Positions 48,892-58,715 of a stretch of DNA of 64,000 bases are shown in pieces. The stretch covers positions 74,913 to 138,912 of the forward strand of contig JAZROY010000004.1 in NCBI GenBank assembly GCA_045648925.1, written 5' to 3'. The notes beneath the pieces are model-generated. The model was not told where the DNA came from, searched no databases, and saw only the letters and a list, made by a program, of their open reading frames with translations. The position numbers and the translations under genes were made by a program. The DNA comes from Candidatus Enterousia sp. GTDB lineage: Bacteria > Pseudomonadota > Alphaproteobacteria > Rs-D84. The number at the start of each line of letters is the position of its first letter. Within the stretch, counting starts at the first letter, position 1.

Positions 48892-50847
48892 ATGAAAGAA
48901 ATCTTAGGAAATCAATATAAAAACATATTTCTTTGGTCGCCATTTATTATGGCTTTTGGCGCAGCATTATACTTTTCATATGGGACTGAGCCAAATTTTC
49001 ATTTCCCAATTTTAATCACGATTTTATCGGCAGCCATTATATGGAAAAAGAAAAATATTTTGACGCGCGCGATTGCCATATTTTTATTTGGGTTCTTTTA
49101 CGCGATGTCTTTTACTCATATTATTGATACACCTGTTGCACGCGATTCTTTTGGTGCAATTCCAATTTCTGGTAAAATCAAAGATATAGATTATACGACA
49201 GACAAAACGCGTTTAACTATTCGTATTCCAACAGAACAAATAAAAACTAATTCATCCAAAAAATTTGCAAATATTCGTATATCTATATCTGATGATACCA
49301 AGGACATAAATATTGGCGATACAATCACTGGAAATGCGATATTATTTCATCCATCATCAAAATATGTTCCGTCATCTTTTGATTATGCGCGTTGGGCATA
49401 TTTTAATGGTATTTCTGCAACTGGATTTTTTGAAAATTATGAAATAACGAAATCTGCTGATAATCCAAACACCAGAGCATATATTCATAACAAAGCGAAT
49501 TCATTTTTAACCGACTCTCTGGTTTTGGGATATAAAAAAACAATCCCAGAAAATGAAAGTAATATTTGGAAATCTGTTGGCATTGGGCATGTATGGTCAA
49601 TCAGTGGTTTTCATATGACCTTGGTCGGTGGGTGGTTGTTTGCAATATTCTATTTAATATTCAGATTATTTCCATACATTACAAAACGCGTGCCAGCAAA
49701 ATATCCCGCCATTATTTGCGCATGGATTGGTTTATTGTTTTATTTGTTTATTTCTGGAATCAGTGTTGCCACGGTTCGTGCATTTTTAATGACAACTTTA
49801 ATTTTTATCGCGATACTTTTGGGACGTGGTGTTTTATCTTTGCGTAACGCAGCATTGGCATTTTTGATAATATTTTTAATAAACCCTTTTTATGTGATGA
49901 ACGCAGGATTTCAATTATCATTTGCGGCGATATTTGGTCTGCTTTGGTTCTTTGGAGATACAGAATATAAAAAGCGCACATTTATAATGCGACATTTACA
50001 TATTTTATATCTATCTTTGATGACTGCAGTAATCGCAACAATTTTCACAATGCCTTTTATAATCGCCCATTTTGGATATATTCCATTATATGGTCTGATT
50101 GGGAATTTGATTTTACTGCCCATATTTTCAATTTTAATTATGCCGTTGATTATGATTGGAACAATTTGTGCATTGTTTAATTATCATTTTTTAATAGATT
50201 GTGCGCACAATATTTATCGATTAAGTTTATCTTTGGCAACACATATAACCAATATGCCGTACGCAAACATACATATACCGCATATTTCTAATACAGTTTT
50301 AATGTTATGTATAATCGGTTTATTATGTTTAATTTTAATTGTTAAAACAGATTCAAAGAATTTGTTCATCAAAAACCTAAACTATGTTTTATGTGTTTTA
50401 TTTGTCGGAACAGCAATTTTAATAAATGTTTCAACACCGCGACCACTATTTTATGCGACAGACGACCACCAACTGGTTGGATTTGTTGTTAATGATAAAT
50501 TACAATTTAATCATGCAAAGATGTCTAAACATTATTTTGCTTTTTCCAGTTGGTATGAATTTAATAATGAAAAAATACCAGATAAAAATAAAAGATACAA
50601 ATGCGATCACGGACTCTGCAAATACAATACACCAAAATGGAATTTGGTTTACATGCAAAATTTTACAGCATTAATGAATAATATTGAAGATGTGTGTCGC
50701 GATAAATCTGTCGATTATATAGTCACTACATTTGAAACAAGTGCACCGAATTGTCATGCCAAAATTTTAACAGATGGAATTATCATTTATCCAAACGGCA
50801 AATTCACAAAAATCATTAATCGCCGTCCTTGGCATATTCAGCACTGA
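48892..50847 (+). CDS. comEC: ComEC/Rec2-family DNA internalization competence protein
   Basis: Multi-TM. DUF4131-like N-terminus. Competence domain ...GHVWSISGFHMTLVGGWLF. Confidence 0.85.
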   Translation: MKEILGNQYKNIFLWSPFIMAFGAALYFSYGTEPNFHFPILITILSAAIIWKKKNILTRAIAIFLFGFFYAMSFTHIIDTPVARDSFGAIPISGKIKDIDYTTDKTRLTIRIPTEQIKTNSSKKFANIRISISDDTKDINIGDTITGNAILFHPSSKYVPSSFDYARWAYFNGISATGFFENYEITKSADNPNTRAYIHNKANSFLTDSLVLGYKKTIPENESNIWKSVGIGHVWSISGFHMTLVGGWLFAIFYLIFRLFPYITKRVPAKYPAIICAWIGLLFYLFISGISVATVRAFLMTTLIFIAILLGRGVLSLRNAALAFLIIFLINPFYVMNAGFQLSFAAIFGLLWFFGDTEYKKRTFIMRHLHILYLSLMTAVIATIFTMPFIIAHFGYIPLYGLIGNLILLPIFSILIMPLIMIGTICALFNYHFLIDCAHNIYRLSLSLATHITNMPYANIHIPHISNTVLMLCIIGLLCLILIVKTDSKNLFIKNLNYVLCVLFVGTAILINVSTPRPLFYATDDHQLVGFVVNDKLQFNHAKMSKHYFAFSSWYEFNNEKIPDKNKRYKCDHGLCKYNTPKWNLVYMQNFTALMNNIEDVCRDKSVDYIVTTFETSAPNCHAKILTDGIIIYPNGKFTKIINRRPWHIQH

Positions 50848-51562
50848 CAAAATACAGACCGCACGCCGGCGCATTTATACCCGCCGCGCTGCGATTTTTC
50901 GCATCAAAAATTTCATCAATGTCTAATGGTTTACCCATACCAATTTCAACCAATGTTCCGACCATATTTCGAACCTGGTGATGTAAAAAAGAACGCGCCG
51001 AAAATTCAAAAATTATTTCATCACCATTTTGTGTTATTGTAACAGAATCAAGTGTTTTTATTGGCGATTTAGCCTGACACTGGGCGGCACGAAATGAAGT
51101 AAAATCATGTTTACCAATTAACTTTTTTGCTGCCGCGCGCATGGCATCAATATTCAATTTTTGTGGCACCCACCAAACGCGATTTTTATTCAAAACAACC
51201 GGTGCAGAACGATTTAAAACGATGTATTTGTAATTTCTTTTTGTACATGAAAAACGCGCATGAAAATCATCACTAACTTTTTCACAATTTAATACAGCGA
51301 CAGGTTTTTCGGTTAAATAAAAATTCATTGCGCGCATAACAGTTTCTGGATTTTGTTCTTTTTCTAAATCAAAATGCGCGACCATAGAAATCGCATGAAC
51401 ACCTGCGTCTGTGCGACCGGCAGAGAAAACATCTACCTTTTCACCACAAAATTGAAATATTGCGTCCGTAACCAGTGATTGCACAGAAGGCCCGTTAGCA
51501 TTTTCTTGCCATCCAATTAAATCAGTTCCATCATATTCAAGATTTATTTTGTATCGCGTCAT
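50816..51562 (-). CDS. truA: tRNA pseudouridine(38-40) synthase TruA
   Basis: YDGTDLIGWQ, GRTDAGVHA catalytic Asp motif. Start at the internal ATG. Confidence 0.85.
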   Translation of the reverse strand: MTRYKINLEYDGTDLIGWQENANGPSVQSLVTDAIFQFCGEKVDVFSAGRTDAGVHAISMVAHFDLEKEQNPETVMRAMNFYLTEKPVAVLNCEKVSDDFHARFSCTKRNYKYIVLNRSAPVVLNKNRVWWVPQKLNIDAMRAAAKKLIGKHDFTSFRAAQCQAKSPIKTLDSVTITQNGDEIIFEFSARSFLHHQVRNMVGTLVEIGMGKPLDIDEIFDAKNRSAAGINAPACGLYFVSAEYAKDGD

Positions 51563-51563
51563 T

Positions 51564-51749
51564 TTATCTGGCATCACGATTTTTGCATATACCACAGATT
51601 ACCTGTTGCACCACCGCCCTGTGTTCATCATGCAATAATTCACAATCTTTGATGTTTTTACCCAAACATCTTAAACATTTGCATTTTGGTTTTTTGCAAT
51701 CACCAACCGTGGCATTGCAATTATTTAAAAAACATTTTCTTTCTGACAT
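51564..51749 (-). CDS. Small Cys-rich (9 Cys of 61 aa) putative zinc-ribbon protein filling the fmt-truA gap
   Basis: ORF exactly bridges the fmt stop (51751) and the truA start (51562). The Shine-Dalgarno-like acggagattaa precedes the ATG. Not confirmed by homology. Confidence 0.3.
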   Translation of the reverse strand: MSERKCFLNNCNATVGDCKKPKCKCLRCLGKNIKDCELLHDEHRAVVQQVICGICKNRDAR

Positions 51750-51750
51750 T

Positions 51751-52563
51751 TTAATCTCCGTATTTTATATCTGCACCATGCAGACCATTTACAAAACTTT
51801 TCCAATCCATTGGACTTTTTCCAGATGGTTGAATTTTTACAATTCTCAACTCATTATTTTCAATTTTTGTTGCTAAGATTTTTACATCCACACCATTTAT
51901 TTTTGTTCGACCGCACCCCAGCGCACGAATTTGATTATGAATTCGAATTGGTGATTTTTTCCAATCTATGATTTCGTCCATACCAGTAAATTTTCTGGTA
52001 AAGGTTGGTTCGCCAGTTTGTGAAATCGGCGGATATTGATTTGGACTTTTTAAATATTCGTTCAACATTTCTATTGCGATTTGCGAAACCTTATTTTCAA
52101 TGTCTTCATTGGTATCATTTTCGCCAATTTCAATATTTTTGCGCATATAGACATCGCCCGCATCCAGTTCATCTGTCATATTCATTAAACAAACATCCAT
52201 ATTTTTATCACCGTTTAAAATCGCAGTCCTTATTGGCGATGGCCCACGATATTTTGGTAAAGAGCTGGGATGAATATTTATACACTTTGCACTATTTAAA
52301 ACATTATCACGCAAAATCACACCATAAGATATAACAACAATCATATCTGGTTTTTCATGAACAGAATCAAAATCTTTGATTGATGTGTAAACGGACAGCC
52401 CGCGTGATTGCGCCCATTGATGCACTGGCGATGGGGTTAAAATATGCTTACGCCCCATGGGTTTTGGCGCACGGGTAAAGACCGCGATAATATCGTGCTT
52501 ATTTGCCAAATCATCAAACACAGGCACAACAAAATCATTTGTTCCCATCAATATCAGTTTCAT
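51751..52563 (-). CDS. fmt: Methionyl-tRNA formyltransferase
   Basis: MKLILMGTNDFVVPVFDDLANKHDIIAVFTRAPKPMGRK. Follows def. Confidence 0.9.
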   Translation of the reverse strand: MKLILMGTNDFVVPVFDDLANKHDIIAVFTRAPKPMGRKHILTPSPVHQWAQSRGLSVYTSIKDFDSVHEKPDMIVVISYGVILRDNVLNSAKCINIHPSSLPKYRGPSPIRTAILNGDKNMDVCLMNMTDELDAGDVYMRKNIEIGENDTNEDIENKVSQIAIEMLNEYLKSPNQYPPISQTGEPTFTRKFTGMDEIIDWKKSPIRIHNQIRALGCGRTKINGVDVKILATKIENNELRIVKIQPSGKSPMDWKSFVNGLHGADIKYGD

Positions 52564-53063
52564 TTGTGCCCCCGATTAACCTTGCGCATCAACATTTCGC
52601 GTTTTACACCTGATAAATAGTCAATAAACAAAACCCCATCCAAATGATCTGTTTCATGTTGCACGATGCGCGCAATCGTTCCCGCCATTTCAACCATTTG
52701 TTTATCACCCTTTTCATCTGTCCATTCAACCACAACAGATTTTGGGCGACGAACATGCGCATATACAGGCAATCCATCCGCCCCAAGAACGGACAAGCAC
52801 CCTTCTTCCATCAAACATGTATCTTCGCTTTTTGATAATATTTTTGGGTTTATCATACGATATATTTCATTTGTATCGGGATTCATCATGACCAAGAATC
52901 TTTGTGTGATGCCAATCTGGGGCGCGGCAAGGCCAACCCCATTTTGTGACTCCATCATTTTAACCATTTCATTCATGGTGTTTAATAAATCCGGGGTTAT
53001 ATCAGACACCGGTGCGCACTTTTCACGCAAAATCAAATCACCACAAAGTTTCATTTGCAACAT
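52560..53063 (-). CDS. def: Peptide deformylase
   Basis: GLAAPQIG, EGCLS, HETDHLDG motifs. Confidence 0.92.
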   Translation of the reverse strand: MLQMKLCGDLILREKCAPVSDITPDLLNTMNEMVKMMESQNGVGLAAPQIGITQRFLVMMNPDTNEIYRMINPKILSKSEDTCLMEEGCLSVLGADGLPVYAHVRRPKSVVVEWTDEKGDKQMVEMAGTIARIVQHETDHLDGVLFIDYLSGVKREMLMRKVNRGHK

Positions 53064-53116
53064 TTATAAAACCCTTTTATAATCGTGTATATAGGATTGT
53101 AGCAAAGGATTTTCAA

Positions 53117-53995
53117 ATGACAACTTATATTTTTATTGTTTTGATGGTAATTGTATTCTTATTGCTGGTTCTGATTTTTCGCAAACCAAACATTGATATA
53201 TCTGCCCTGCGCGAAGATAACGCACGCCTTCGCGAAAGATTGGCAGAAAGGCTCGGTATGTTATCACAAAATGCAATTGAATTGAAAAATATCAGTTCTG
53301 ATATCGCAAATTTCAAAGATATTTTGATGGGCAATAAACAGGCACGTGGAACATTCGGTGAACGGCAACTGGCTGATTTGGTTGCGGATATTATGCCGCC
53401 AGAAACCTATGCCTTTCAAAGTGTTTTATCAACTGGGGTGCGCCCAGATTGCATAATTCGCCTGCCCTATCCACCGGGGGATATGATTATCGACAGTAAA
53501 TTCCCATTGGAAAGTTATAATCGAATTTTACAAAATCCAAACGATATTGGTTTTAAAAAGCAATTTGAATTAGATGTTCGAAAACATATTGATGCAATCG
53601 CCGAAAAATACATTATTCCTGGGGTTACCGCGGAAAGTGCGATGATGTTTATTGCGTCTGAATCTATATTTGAAAAATTGCACAGTGATTTTCCAAACAC
53701 TATTGAATACGCAGCGCGCAAAAAAGTATTTATCGTATCCCCGGCGACACTTTGGGCAACATTAAATACCATACGTGCGGTGTTATCAGATATAAAAATC
53801 AAAAGGGTTGCGACAAAAATAAAACGCGAACTAGATTTATTATTAACGGACCTTTCGCGCCTTAATGACCGCACAACACGCGTGGCCCAGCATTTTAATT
53901 CTGCACAAACGGATATCGAACAAATACAAACATCGATTTCGAAAATCAGCCCACGTGCAGAAAAATTACGCGATATGGATTTCGGTGAAGATTGA
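53117..53995 (+). CDS. rmuC: DNA recombination protein RmuC
   Basis: N-terminal TM, coiled coil, RmuC C-terminal domain (YPPGDMIIDSKFPLESY). Start at ATG 53117 (Shine-Dalgarno aaagga). Confidence 0.85.
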   Translation: MTTYIFIVLMVIVFLLLVLIFRKPNIDISALREDNARLRERLAERLGMLSQNAIELKNISSDIANFKDILMGNKQARGTFGERQLADLVADIMPPETYAFQSVLSTGVRPDCIIRLPYPPGDMIIDSKFPLESYNRILQNPNDIGFKKQFELDVRKHIDAIAEKYIIPGVTAESAMMFIASESIFEKLHSDFPNTIEYAARKKVFIVSPATLWATLNTIRAVLSDIKIKRVATKIKRELDLLLTDLSRLNDRTTRVAQHFNSAQTDIEQIQTSISKISPRAEKLRDMDFGED

Positions 53996-53996
53996 T

Positions 53997-54071
53997 TGGC
54001 AGTCCCAACGGGAATTGAACCCGTGTTACCGGAATGAGAATCCGATGTCCTGACCGCTAGACGATGGGACC
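53997..54071 (-). tRNA. tRNA-Glu (anticodon read as CTC), CCA encoded
   Basis: Manual fold. GGTCCCA acceptor (G1-U72), GTCTAGCGGTCAGGAC D-arm and GGTAACA-CGGGTTCAATTCCCG T-arm, typical of tRNA-Glu. Anticodon loop TTCTCAT. Confidence 0.75.
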
Positions 54072-54191
54072 ATGATTTCCCTGTATTTTATATGCGCCTT
54101 TGCCGTTTTGCAATAAAAATTATACTGACTTTTCTCTTGTTGTTTTTTATGTCATAAAATGGTACAATTATATCCAAGAGAGATTTATATC

Positions 54192-55040
54192 ATGAAATCA
54201 AAAGTATCATTTTGCATCTTTGCCATGGTTGCATGTTTTAGTGCAAATGCCCAAGATATTGAATTGGACAATGCCTTGCGTGAAACTTATGTAAACTGTG
54301 TTGGTATCGATGATGCACTGCACGATATGAAAGTCAAAGCAGGCATTAATACCGCCGTAACTGGTGTTGGGACTGTCGCTGGGGGCGCTGCTTTGGTTGT
54401 TGGAATTAAAAAAGCACACTTGATGGATAAATTACCCAGTATTGAAGATAAATATCTTGATCAATATCCGCAACAAACTTCTGATGATTTGAACATAACA
54501 AGAAATCCAAATTTTAAACCAGATTTGAAATCAAAAAGAAAAAAATTGGGTAATTGGCGCACAGGTTTGTTGGCTGTTAATACTGCGACCAATGTAGCTG
54601 GCGCGACAATTGCTGGGACAAACAAAGTAAAAAAGCCATTAGAAGAACAAATAGATAATTGTAAAACATCTGTGAAAAATTTAAAAAATGAAATAACCCG
54701 TGCAAAATTTAATGGCGAAGATGTAAGTGAGGCCCAAAATATAGCATCTGCTTGTGGCGAATTTGAATACACAGACCTTAGCAAGATAAACAATCGTGCC
54801 AAAGGTGCAGAAATTTCATCTATTGTTGGTGCCGGAACTGGTTTTGTTGGAACAATAACAAGTGCGGTTGCAAATAAATCTTCGGGTGAAAAAGAAAGAA
54901 AATTGGATACAGCATCTAATGTCTTGGCTGGTGGCGCAACAGTAGCCACAGGAACCGCGACAGTATTTAATGCAACGCAAATTGCCGCTATAAAAAAAGT
55001 TGTCGATGTAGCACAAAAATGTGAGAGTTTATTAAAATGA
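54192..55040 (+). CDS. Secreted protein with three Gly/Ala/Thr-rich hydrophobic segments (unknown family)
   Basis: Signal peptide MKSKVSFCIFAMVACFSANA. Segments TAVTGVGTVAGGAALVVGI, VNTATNVAGATIAGT, SIVGAGTGFVGTITSAVA and LAGGATVATGTATVF. Stop overlaps the start of the next gene (ATGA). Confidence 0.5.
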   Translation: MKSKVSFCIFAMVACFSANAQDIELDNALRETYVNCVGIDDALHDMKVKAGINTAVTGVGTVAGGAALVVGIKKAHLMDKLPSIEDKYLDQYPQQTSDDLNITRNPNFKPDLKSKRKKLGNWRTGLLAVNTATNVAGATIAGTNKVKKPLEEQIDNCKTSVKNLKNEITRAKFNGEDVSEAQNIASACGEFEYTDLSKINNRAKGAEISSIVGAGTGFVGTITSAVANKSSGEKERKLDTASNVLAGGATVATGTATVFNATQIAAIKKVVDVAQKCESLLK

Positions 55041-56134
55041 AAAAAACATTGTTGATTTTTTGCTTGGTATCACTTGCGAATTTGAATTCTGCATCTGGCG
55101 CGTATTTTTATGCTGATGTTGTTGAACAAGCAATACAAACATCTTTCCCATCAGAAGTCCAAGCAGATGTTGCCGCTGAATACGAAGCGCAAATGAATCC
55201 AGATACAGGTGAAATTGATACAAACGGAATCATGAATGTTTGTTATGCTGGCGGTTTTGATGTGACCACAGAAGATGGCGCAGCCGAATGTGCTAATTTT
55301 GTTCAAACAATGGCTGGAACATGTCCTTATACAATATCTGGGGCTGTATATGACGATAATGGCGACAAAATTTTAAAAGATACAGACCCCAGAAGTTTCA
55401 TTGATTATTATAACAATCCGCAAACGAATGAAGAAAAATTAAGAAAATGCGTTTTGGATAAAACTATTGATTGGGCGATAAAATCTGCCGCAGAAGGTGG
55501 CGGTAACGAAGGCGGTTTTCAACAAACGCGTTCTGACAAAGGCAATCGTATTTGTGATAAAAACGGAAATCCGTTAAAAGATGCCAAAGGAAATTATCTT
55601 TTGGGCGCGACTAATTTTGGTATTACAACTTGTGCATCAGGACTGTCTGTTGCATGCATAAAAAATATGACAAAAGCAGATGCGAAAAAATATTACTGGA
55701 CGCGTCATTTTATGAAGATGAGATATTATCGTTTACCCATAGAAATTCAAGCATTGGTAATGGAAATGTCTATTTCTGGGATCGGGAATGCTGGAAAAGC
55801 ATTCAGATGCACCCTTGATGGAAAACCTGCTTCGTGGGGCAATTATCCGGTCGTTACAAATGACCCGGTAAATGCACTTAGAGAATGGGAAACTTCGCAT
55901 TCAAATGGTGAAAGAGATGCGTTTAAACGCCGTTATACTGGCATGGATTTGGTCAACGGCAAAAATTGCGTTCCTGTTCATCAAGAAAGAAGAAAACGCG
56001 CATATGAACATTTGAAAGAAATATATAAAACATGTGCAAACGAGTTGGGCATCAGTTGGGTTAAACCTATCACTAAATATCCGTTTATGAAAGACCCATC
56101 AACACTAAAAATGACACCTTCTAAAGCAGGTTAA
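55037..56134 (+). CDS. Secreted GH108-family lysozyme-like peptidoglycan hydrolase with PG-binding-3-like C-terminus
   Basis: Signal peptide. EGGGNEGGFQQTRSDKGN...NFGITT...MTKADAKKYYWTRHF...LPIEIQALVMEMSISGIGNAGKAF matches the GH108 consensus (EGG..D.GG.T.yGI...lt..qA..iY...YW...lp...a...fD.avN.G...A). Confidence 0.6.
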   Translation: MKKTLLIFCLVSLANLNSASGAYFYADVVEQAIQTSFPSEVQADVAAEYEAQMNPDTGEIDTNGIMNVCYAGGFDVTTEDGAAECANFVQTMAGTCPYTISGAVYDDNGDKILKDTDPRSFIDYYNNPQTNEEKLRKCVLDKTIDWAIKSAAEGGGNEGGFQQTRSDKGNRICDKNGNPLKDAKGNYLLGATNFGITTCASGLSVACIKNMTKADAKKYYWTRHFMKMRYYRLPIEIQALVMEMSISGIGNAGKAFRCTLDGKPASWGNYPVVTNDPVNALREWETSHSNGERDAFKRRYTGMDLVNGKNCVPVHQERRKRAYEHLKEIYKTCANELGISWVKPITKYPFMKDPSTLKMTPSKAG

Positions 56135-56183
56135 AAAATTTACAGTTTTGATGCACCACAAAACATCCTCGATGTTTGTTATT

Positions 56184-57107
56184 TTATTCTTGACCGTCAA
56201 AAAGACCCGTGGTGCGCGCAACTTTCCACCAATATTCTGAAAATACTGGTCGTTTGCCCTTTTCGCCCCATGGTTTCATATAGTCAGAATAATGCAAACA
56301 AACCAAATTATGTTTCAAATCATCCAATTCTTTTTCTGGATAAATTTTAAATATACGTGAACCGTGCGAAAGTTGGAAATTATACCGCAACGGTAAAAAC
56401 TGAATTCTTCCGACAAGTGTCGCATTTAAAACATCTTGGTCTGGGTTTTTGAAATCGTTTTCTATCGAAGATTTTATCCATTTATCGTAAAATTTTTCCG
56501 AACGAATCTTGTCCAAATCCATCAATAAAAATCCAGAATTTATATATCCGTTTGTTCTGGTTGGCACTGCTGCAATGACATTTTTACCCAATTCCATTTC
56601 ATATACATCTATCAAGTCATTGAAAAACACCATATCCATATCTGCATAAATAATTCTGGAAACATTTGGCAACAACTTTGGCAGCATCAACCGATACCAC
56701 ATAGCCACAGGCCAATTACGGCGATTAGATTTATCAAAATCATGATTTCCATATACAAAATGAACCGTTGAGCCAGTTCCCTTTACAACACCGCGAATAA
56801 TATCTTGTGATTTTTTATCTACATCTTCATTGATTACACAATACACATCATAATCACAGCGATTTTCAGATGCGATTAACAAAGATTTTAATGTGACCGC
56901 CGCCTTGGCACAGCCGCGCGCATCAAAGCATAATGCAAAAGGAATTTTTGTTGGATATTTTATGCGAGGTATTCTTGTTTCACCAACCGTAGAAATCAAG
57001 CCATGATATCTGACCCGGTCGCGATTTAAACGGCGCGCAGCCCGATTGGTCCCGAACATCCCAGCCACAGTTGCACAAATTTGACGAAATTTACTGTATT
57101 TATACAT
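56184..57107 (-). CDS. Glycosyltransferase family 8 (LPS alpha-1,3-glycosyltransferase-like)
   Basis: DxD (YADMDMVF), NSGFLLMDL, HYSDYMKPW motifs. Confidence 0.8.
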   Translation of the reverse strand: MYKYSKFRQICATVAGMFGTNRAARRLNRDRVRYHGLISTVGETRIPRIKYPTKIPFALCFDARGCAKAAVTLKSLLIASENRCDYDVYCVINEDVDKKSQDIIRGVVKGTGSTVHFVYGNHDFDKSNRRNWPVAMWYRLMLPKLLPNVSRIIYADMDMVFFNDLIDVYEMELGKNVIAAVPTRTNGYINSGFLLMDLDKIRSEKFYDKWIKSSIENDFKNPDQDVLNATLVGRIQFLPLRYNFQLSHGSRIFKIYPEKELDDLKHNLVCLHYSDYMKPWGEKGKRPVFSEYWWKVARTTGLFDGQE

Positions 57108-57405
57108 ACAAATCTCCTTTTTAAATATATCATTTTAATCCTAGATAAAAAAGCAGCCCAAGGCAAGTGAAAATAAGATTATCATATCGCCTTAAATCAT
57201 ATTCAAATCACATAAAAAATAGGAATATTTCACCTTATCTAATTCTTCTATTTATACCTATTTCTGTTGATTTTCCGGCATTTTAACATTTTTTATTATC
57301 CACCTTTTACCCCTTTTTATATACCTGATTCATAAAAACAGGATAAAATAAAATTCCCAAAAATGAATATAATGAATATTGTCACAAGAAAAAAAGGAGT
57401 ACAAT

Positions 57406-57633
57406 ATGACACACCAAGAAGTATGGCAAGCAATTGATAATTTTGCATTTCAACAACAAATGTCTTGTTCTGGACTGGCAAGATTTTCTGGTCTGGACGC
57501 AACAACTTTTAACAAAAGTAAGCGGTGGTCAAAATATGGTCAACCAAGATGGCCTTCGACAGCCAGTATCGCAAAGATATTGAATTCTACTGGGAAAACG
57601 TTGGACGATTTTGTAAAATGTATTTATGAATAA
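57406..57633 (+). CDS. Ner/Nlp-like HTH DNA-binding protein (HTH_35 family)
   Basis: ATG 57406 with aaaaaggagtacaatATG. LARFSGLDATTFNKSKR...PRWPSTASIAKIL parallels Mu Ner/Nlp LSR..GLs.sTLaNAL.R.WPKGE.IIA.AL. Confidence 0.5.
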   Translation: MTHQEVWQAIDNFAFQQQMSCSGLARFSGLDATTFNKSKRWSKYGQPRWPSTASIAKILNSTGKTLDDFVKCIYE

Positions 57634-57676
57634 ATATTTTTATTTACAAATGCTTTTATCTGTATAAGATGTAAGT

Positions 57677-58579
57677 ATGTCAACGTTAAAAACAAAGATA
57701 CTTTTATTAAAAGAGTTATTGGCACTTAAAGAGGTTGTTGATAAGGGCAGTATTCAAATCGCCGCCAACGAGAACGGGATTAAAAATTCTAATTTGTCCC
57801 AACTGATTAAAGATTTGGAAGACAGATTTAATACTAAACTTATCAACAGAAATTTTGATGGAAGCCAACCAACAAATTCCGCCCAGATTATATATAATGA
57901 TATATGCGCCATAGAAGAATTACTGAATAAAATCGCAGAAAATTTTGTAGACATGGATGCTTTGTCTGGTTCTGTATCTGTTTGGACCGAAGAAGGTTTA
58001 TTTGGCAGTTTTATCATGAAAGATTTGTCTGAATTTTATGGAAAATATCCAAAACTTCGTTTGGAATTGTTGATGCGAAAAGACCCAGATATATCTAATA
58101 CAGATATTTTAATTATTAAACCAAAGGTGCACCCAAACATTCATGGAACGGTTTTATTTAAATTTAAAACACATTTAAAGTTTTATACCAGTAAAAAATA
58201 TTTGGAAACACACGGAACCCCACAAAACATAAACGATTTGTTGGAAAATCATAACTTGTGTATGGTTTATCGTTATATGAATCTCCCAGAATGTCAAAGT
58301 ATGATAAAACGCGCAAAACATTTAAATACTATTTCTGATTCATTGGCTTTGATATATAGACTGGTTAATGATGGTGATGGTATCACAGTTTTTCCATCAT
58401 GGTTTGAAGATAGCAGTAAAAATCTTGTTTGTTTAAACAATCTAGATTTTGAACACGAAATGGAAACTCAGTGTATGTGCAGGACCGAAATCGCTGAATC
58501 ACCAAAAATTCGTGCCTTTGTTGATTTCTTTATAAGTTTTTGCTCTGGGCATAATGTGCCTATTGATATTTATTATTGA
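57677..58579 (+). CDS. LysR-family transcriptional regulator
   Basis: N-terminal LysR HTH (LKTKILLLKELLALKEVVDKGSIQIAANENGIKNSNLSQLIKDLEDRFNTKLINR). C-terminal substrate-binding fold. Confidence 0.8.
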   Translation: MSTLKTKILLLKELLALKEVVDKGSIQIAANENGIKNSNLSQLIKDLEDRFNTKLINRNFDGSQPTNSAQIIYNDICAIEELLNKIAENFVDMDALSGSVSVWTEEGLFGSFIMKDLSEFYGKYPKLRLELLMRKDPDISNTDILIIKPKVHPNIHGTVLFKFKTHLKFYTSKKYLETHGTPQNINDLLENHNLCMVYRYMNLPECQSMIKRAKHLNTISDSLALIYRLVNDGDGITVFPSWFEDSSKNLVCLNNLDFEHEMETQCMCRTEIAESPKIRAFVDFFISFCSGHNVPIDIYY

Positions 58580-58584
58580 TTAAC

Positions 58585-58622
58585 CTTGGTTGTGGTACAT
58601 GGGCGAAACACGAGTTAGAATA
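58585..58622. repeat. Right-arm-type cassette boundary repeat cttggttgtggtacatgggcgaaacacgagttagaata
   Basis: About 30/39 identical to 59368-59406. Inverted relative to 59280-59305 and 60071-60097. Confidence 0.7.
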
Positions 58623-58715
58623 CTTTTTTATTGCTTTTTATACGAATTGTTGTTATTAATATCAACATAAAATCGGGAGTGTGTGAGATTTTGTTCAAAT
58701 GAAAGGGAAGTTCGA

